NCBI GenBank assembly: GCA_041678065.1
Contig: JBAYOU010000001.1
Coordinates: forward strand, 1-56,835
DNA length: 56,835 nt
Direction of reading: 5' to 3'
Origin: Parvibaculum sp.
Lineage (GTDB): Bacteria > Pseudomonadota > Alphaproteobacteria > Parvibaculales > Parvibaculaceae
Shown: one piece after another, positions 52,920 to 56,835 of the stretch
Numbering within the stretch: position 1 is the first letter of the stretch
Layout: every line of letters starts with the position of its first letter
The notes under the pieces: generated by a model
Seen by the model: the letters and a program-made list of their open reading frames with translations, nothing else
What the model was told of the DNA's origin: nothing
The model's database searches: none
Made by a program: the position numbers and the translations under genes

Positions 52920-54091
52920 GCGTCTTCATTTCCCAGAATAACGGTTGCGCTGCCCATCCGCGATCCCAGAAGCCCGCCGGTTCCATGCGCCAGCGCAATA
53001 TCGCAATTGCGAACCTGAACCTTTGGGTGAGCCTCACCGCGAACCTGACGAACCGCTTCAAGAACCTTGGTCATGCCGCCGCGATTGCCCGGGTGATTGT
53101 TGCACAATCCTCCGCCATCCGTGTTGAAGGGCAGTTTGCCGACGCCGGAAATCAGATTGCCGTCCGAAACAAACTTTCCGCCGTCGCCTTTTTTGCAAAA
53201 ACCCAGATCTTCGAGCGTTTCCAGCACTGTAATAGTGAAGGAATCATAGATGGAGGCGTATTTGATGTCGGCGGGCGTGACACCGGCTTCGGCGAACGCT
53301 TTGGGCCCGCTCCAACGCGCGCCGGAATAGGTCAGATCGACCTGGCCCGCCGCGAGATGCTTGGGCGCCTCACCGGCGCCGAGAACCTTGACGCGGCTAC
53401 GCTTCAGCGACTTCGCCACTGCCGGGCTCGCCATTACAATGCCGCCACCACCGTCGGTGATAACGCAACAGTCAAGCCTGTGTAACGGATCGGCAATCAT
53501 CGGCGAATTGATGACATCCTCCACGGTCACAACATCGCGGAGCCTGGCATGTTCATTGTGCTGGGCGTGATGGGATGCGGCGACCTTGATCCATGCGAGT
53601 TGCTCGCTGGTGGTGCCGTATTCATACATATGCCGCATCGCACACATGGCGTACATATTCGTGACGTTGGGGCCATAAGGCATTTCGAACGGAAAGTCCG
53701 GCGCCTGCTGGTTGTAGTAACGGACGGGCTTACCTTCTTTCGCGTCGGCAACCGGCCTGCCTGCCAGCGTGATCAGCGCCACATTGCAATGCCCCGCAGC
53801 GATGGCCTGCGCTGCGTGATTGACATGGACGATGTAGGAAGACCCGCCGGTCTCCGTGCTGTCCATATGACGCACATTGTTGAGGCCCATATATTCGACC
53901 ATGTTGATCGGGCCCAACCCCGGTGCGTCGCCGGCGCAGAAATATGCGTCAACATCGTCCTTTGAAAGACCAGCGTCCGCCAGCGCGCCCTTCGCGATCT
54001 CGGCGTGAAGTTGCGGCAGCGTCTTGTCCAGCGCCGCGCGGCACGGATGCTCGTAGATGCCGACTATGTAGGATTTTCCGTTGATACCCAT
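52916..54091 (-). CDS. Thiolase-domain (SCP2-type) protein
   Basis: GGSSY at the Cys site, DCCVITDGG, YDSFT, NTDGGGL; overlaps the DUF35 gene. Confidence 0.88.
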   Translation of the reverse strand: MGINGKSYIVGIYEHPCRAALDKTLPQLHAEIAKGALADAGLSKDDVDAYFCAGDAPGLGPINMVEYMGLNNVRHMDSTETGGSSYIVHVNHAAQAIAAGHCNVALITLAGRPVADAKEGKPVRYYNQQAPDFPFEMPYGPNVTNMYAMCAMRHMYEYGTTSEQLAWIKVAASHHAQHNEHARLRDVVTVEDVINSPMIADPLHRLDCCVITDGGGGIVMASPAVAKSLKRSRVKVLGAGEAPKHLAAGQVDLTYSGARWSGPKAFAEAGVTPADIKYASIYDSFTITVLETLEDLGFCKKGDGGKFVSDGNLISGVGKLPFNTDGGGLCNNHPGNRGGMTKVLEAVRQVRGEAHPKVQVRNCDIALAHGTGGLLGSRMGSATVILGNEDA

Positions 54092-54219
54092 CCCTATCCC
54101 TTATCATGATTTTCATATTGCTTAGCGCATTCAAGGGGGATACGTCCACCCCGTCCACGAAAGGCAGAAGCGCCGGTTATGGCCGATCGGAAGAAAAGAT
54201 CGAGCGAGGGGGGAACGGA

Positions 54220-54285
54220 TTGGGGACGGTGAGGATTGAAAACGTGGGTGGCGTCAGGACCATCACGCTTGCACGCGTCGAGAAG
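54220..54285 (+). pseudogene. Crotonase N-terminal scrap
   Basis: LGTVRIENVGGVRTITLARVEK after a GAGGGGG RBS-like run. Confidence 0.45.
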
Positions 54286-54898
54286 TGGCCTGCCCCCCCG
54301 AAATGCCACCAATCAAAGGCTAAACCCACCCCAAATTCGGTTTGGCCAACTGAAATGGTCCCGCAGATGCCCGTGCGGCATATCTGCCGTCATTCACCCG
54401 TGTCGGGGCACTGGATTCCTGATTATCTCCGCGCTCTCGGACCTGCTCAAGAAACCAGCAACTTCTGCTGACGCTTCCCCGCACACGCAGAGAACACGCA
54501 ATCCTCTAAACGACAGCCGACGAAGGTAAATCTCCCAAATCCATCGCTGGACGAACAAGACGCATTTTCTCAAGCACCAAGACGCTCACCGATGTTGACG
54601 CGTATTGCGGAGTTAGCACTATTGCGCCCACAACATCCTTTAGTGCGCTCTATCGGTGCACATGGAATGCACATGCGATCGCATTCCATCGCGGACCGGG
54701 CATGCGAAATCGCCCATCGAATTTTCTCCACGCCCATTTCATCTTTTTCCGCGCCGACAAAGCCACAACTACGACGAAGCAGGCCCAACTACTTCTAAGT
54801 CTTTGATGTGGCTTTGCTTCTTGTTGATCCCCTGCTGGCAATCGCCAGATCTTGTTGGTTGCATCCGACACTGGATGCCATGTCAGATGGATGGCAAG

Positions 54899-55102
54899 AT
54901 GGCAAAGCGTAATCGAGACGGGCGTCGGCCCGCCGACGGCAATGCGGCAAACTCGGACGTCGACCCTGATCTTGAGAGAATCCGTCTTGCGCTCGTCCCT
55001 CTGGTGAAATTGCTTGCTCGGCAAGCAGCACGGGAGTGGTTGCGATCAGCGGCGAGCAGAATTACGCCCAAGGAAGAGAAGGAGCAATCAGGACAGGAGT
55101 GA
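54899..55102 (+). CDS. Small hypothetical protein directly upstream of the recombinase
   Basis: LVPLVKLLARQAAREW helix; stop 2 bp before the recombinase ATG. Confidence 0.6.
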   Translation: MAKRNRDGRRPADGNAANSDVDPDLERIRLALVPLVKLLARQAAREWLRSAASRITPKEEKEQSGQE

Positions 55103-55104
55103 GC

Positions 55105-56790
<1,686 letters not shown>

Positions 56791-56835
56791 CCAATACTTT
56801 AGCGCCGTCTCTTTTTGTCTCGCCCGCACACGCGA

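Overview
GC-rich alphaproteobacterial DNA. The BVMO and CYP153 genes resemble Parvibaculum-type sequences as I recall them; this was not searched. Almost the whole window is the right part of an ICEMlSym/Tn4371-related integrative conjugative element integrated at the 3' end of an initiator tRNA-Met (56714-56790) by a large serine recombinase (55105-56757). The backbone (1-11.3 kb) has rlxS, a putative oriT, slt, traF, rdfS with a perfect FseA box, DUF736, a parB-like gene, ardC, two C-protein-like XRE regulators, qseM and an in-frame (non-frameshifted) fseA. An internally deleted IS1182 sits next to rlxS. The ~42-kb cargo (12-54 kb) is a catabolic island: three CYP153 P450s, one ferredoxin, a Baeyer-Villiger monooxygenase, a lactonase-type esterase, a CpnA-like dehydrogenase, the aliA/aliB/badH/badI cyclohexanecarboxylate pathway, steroid-side-chain-like ACAD/MaoC/Ltp2-DUF35 modules, three regulators and several gene scars. 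Best leads: (i) a candidate mobile alkyl-cycloalkane/naphthenic-acid pathway with a retro-aldol branch; (ii) a transfer switch with fused FseA and no quorum-sensing genes in view; (iii) a leading-region microprotein ending in the beta-clamp motif QLSLF, expressed downstream of a long ssDNA hairpin; (iv) an 18-bp palindromic operator shared across the cargo. The trb/traG genes and the other att site are not in the window. Products were assigned by motif recognition only; no database search was run.
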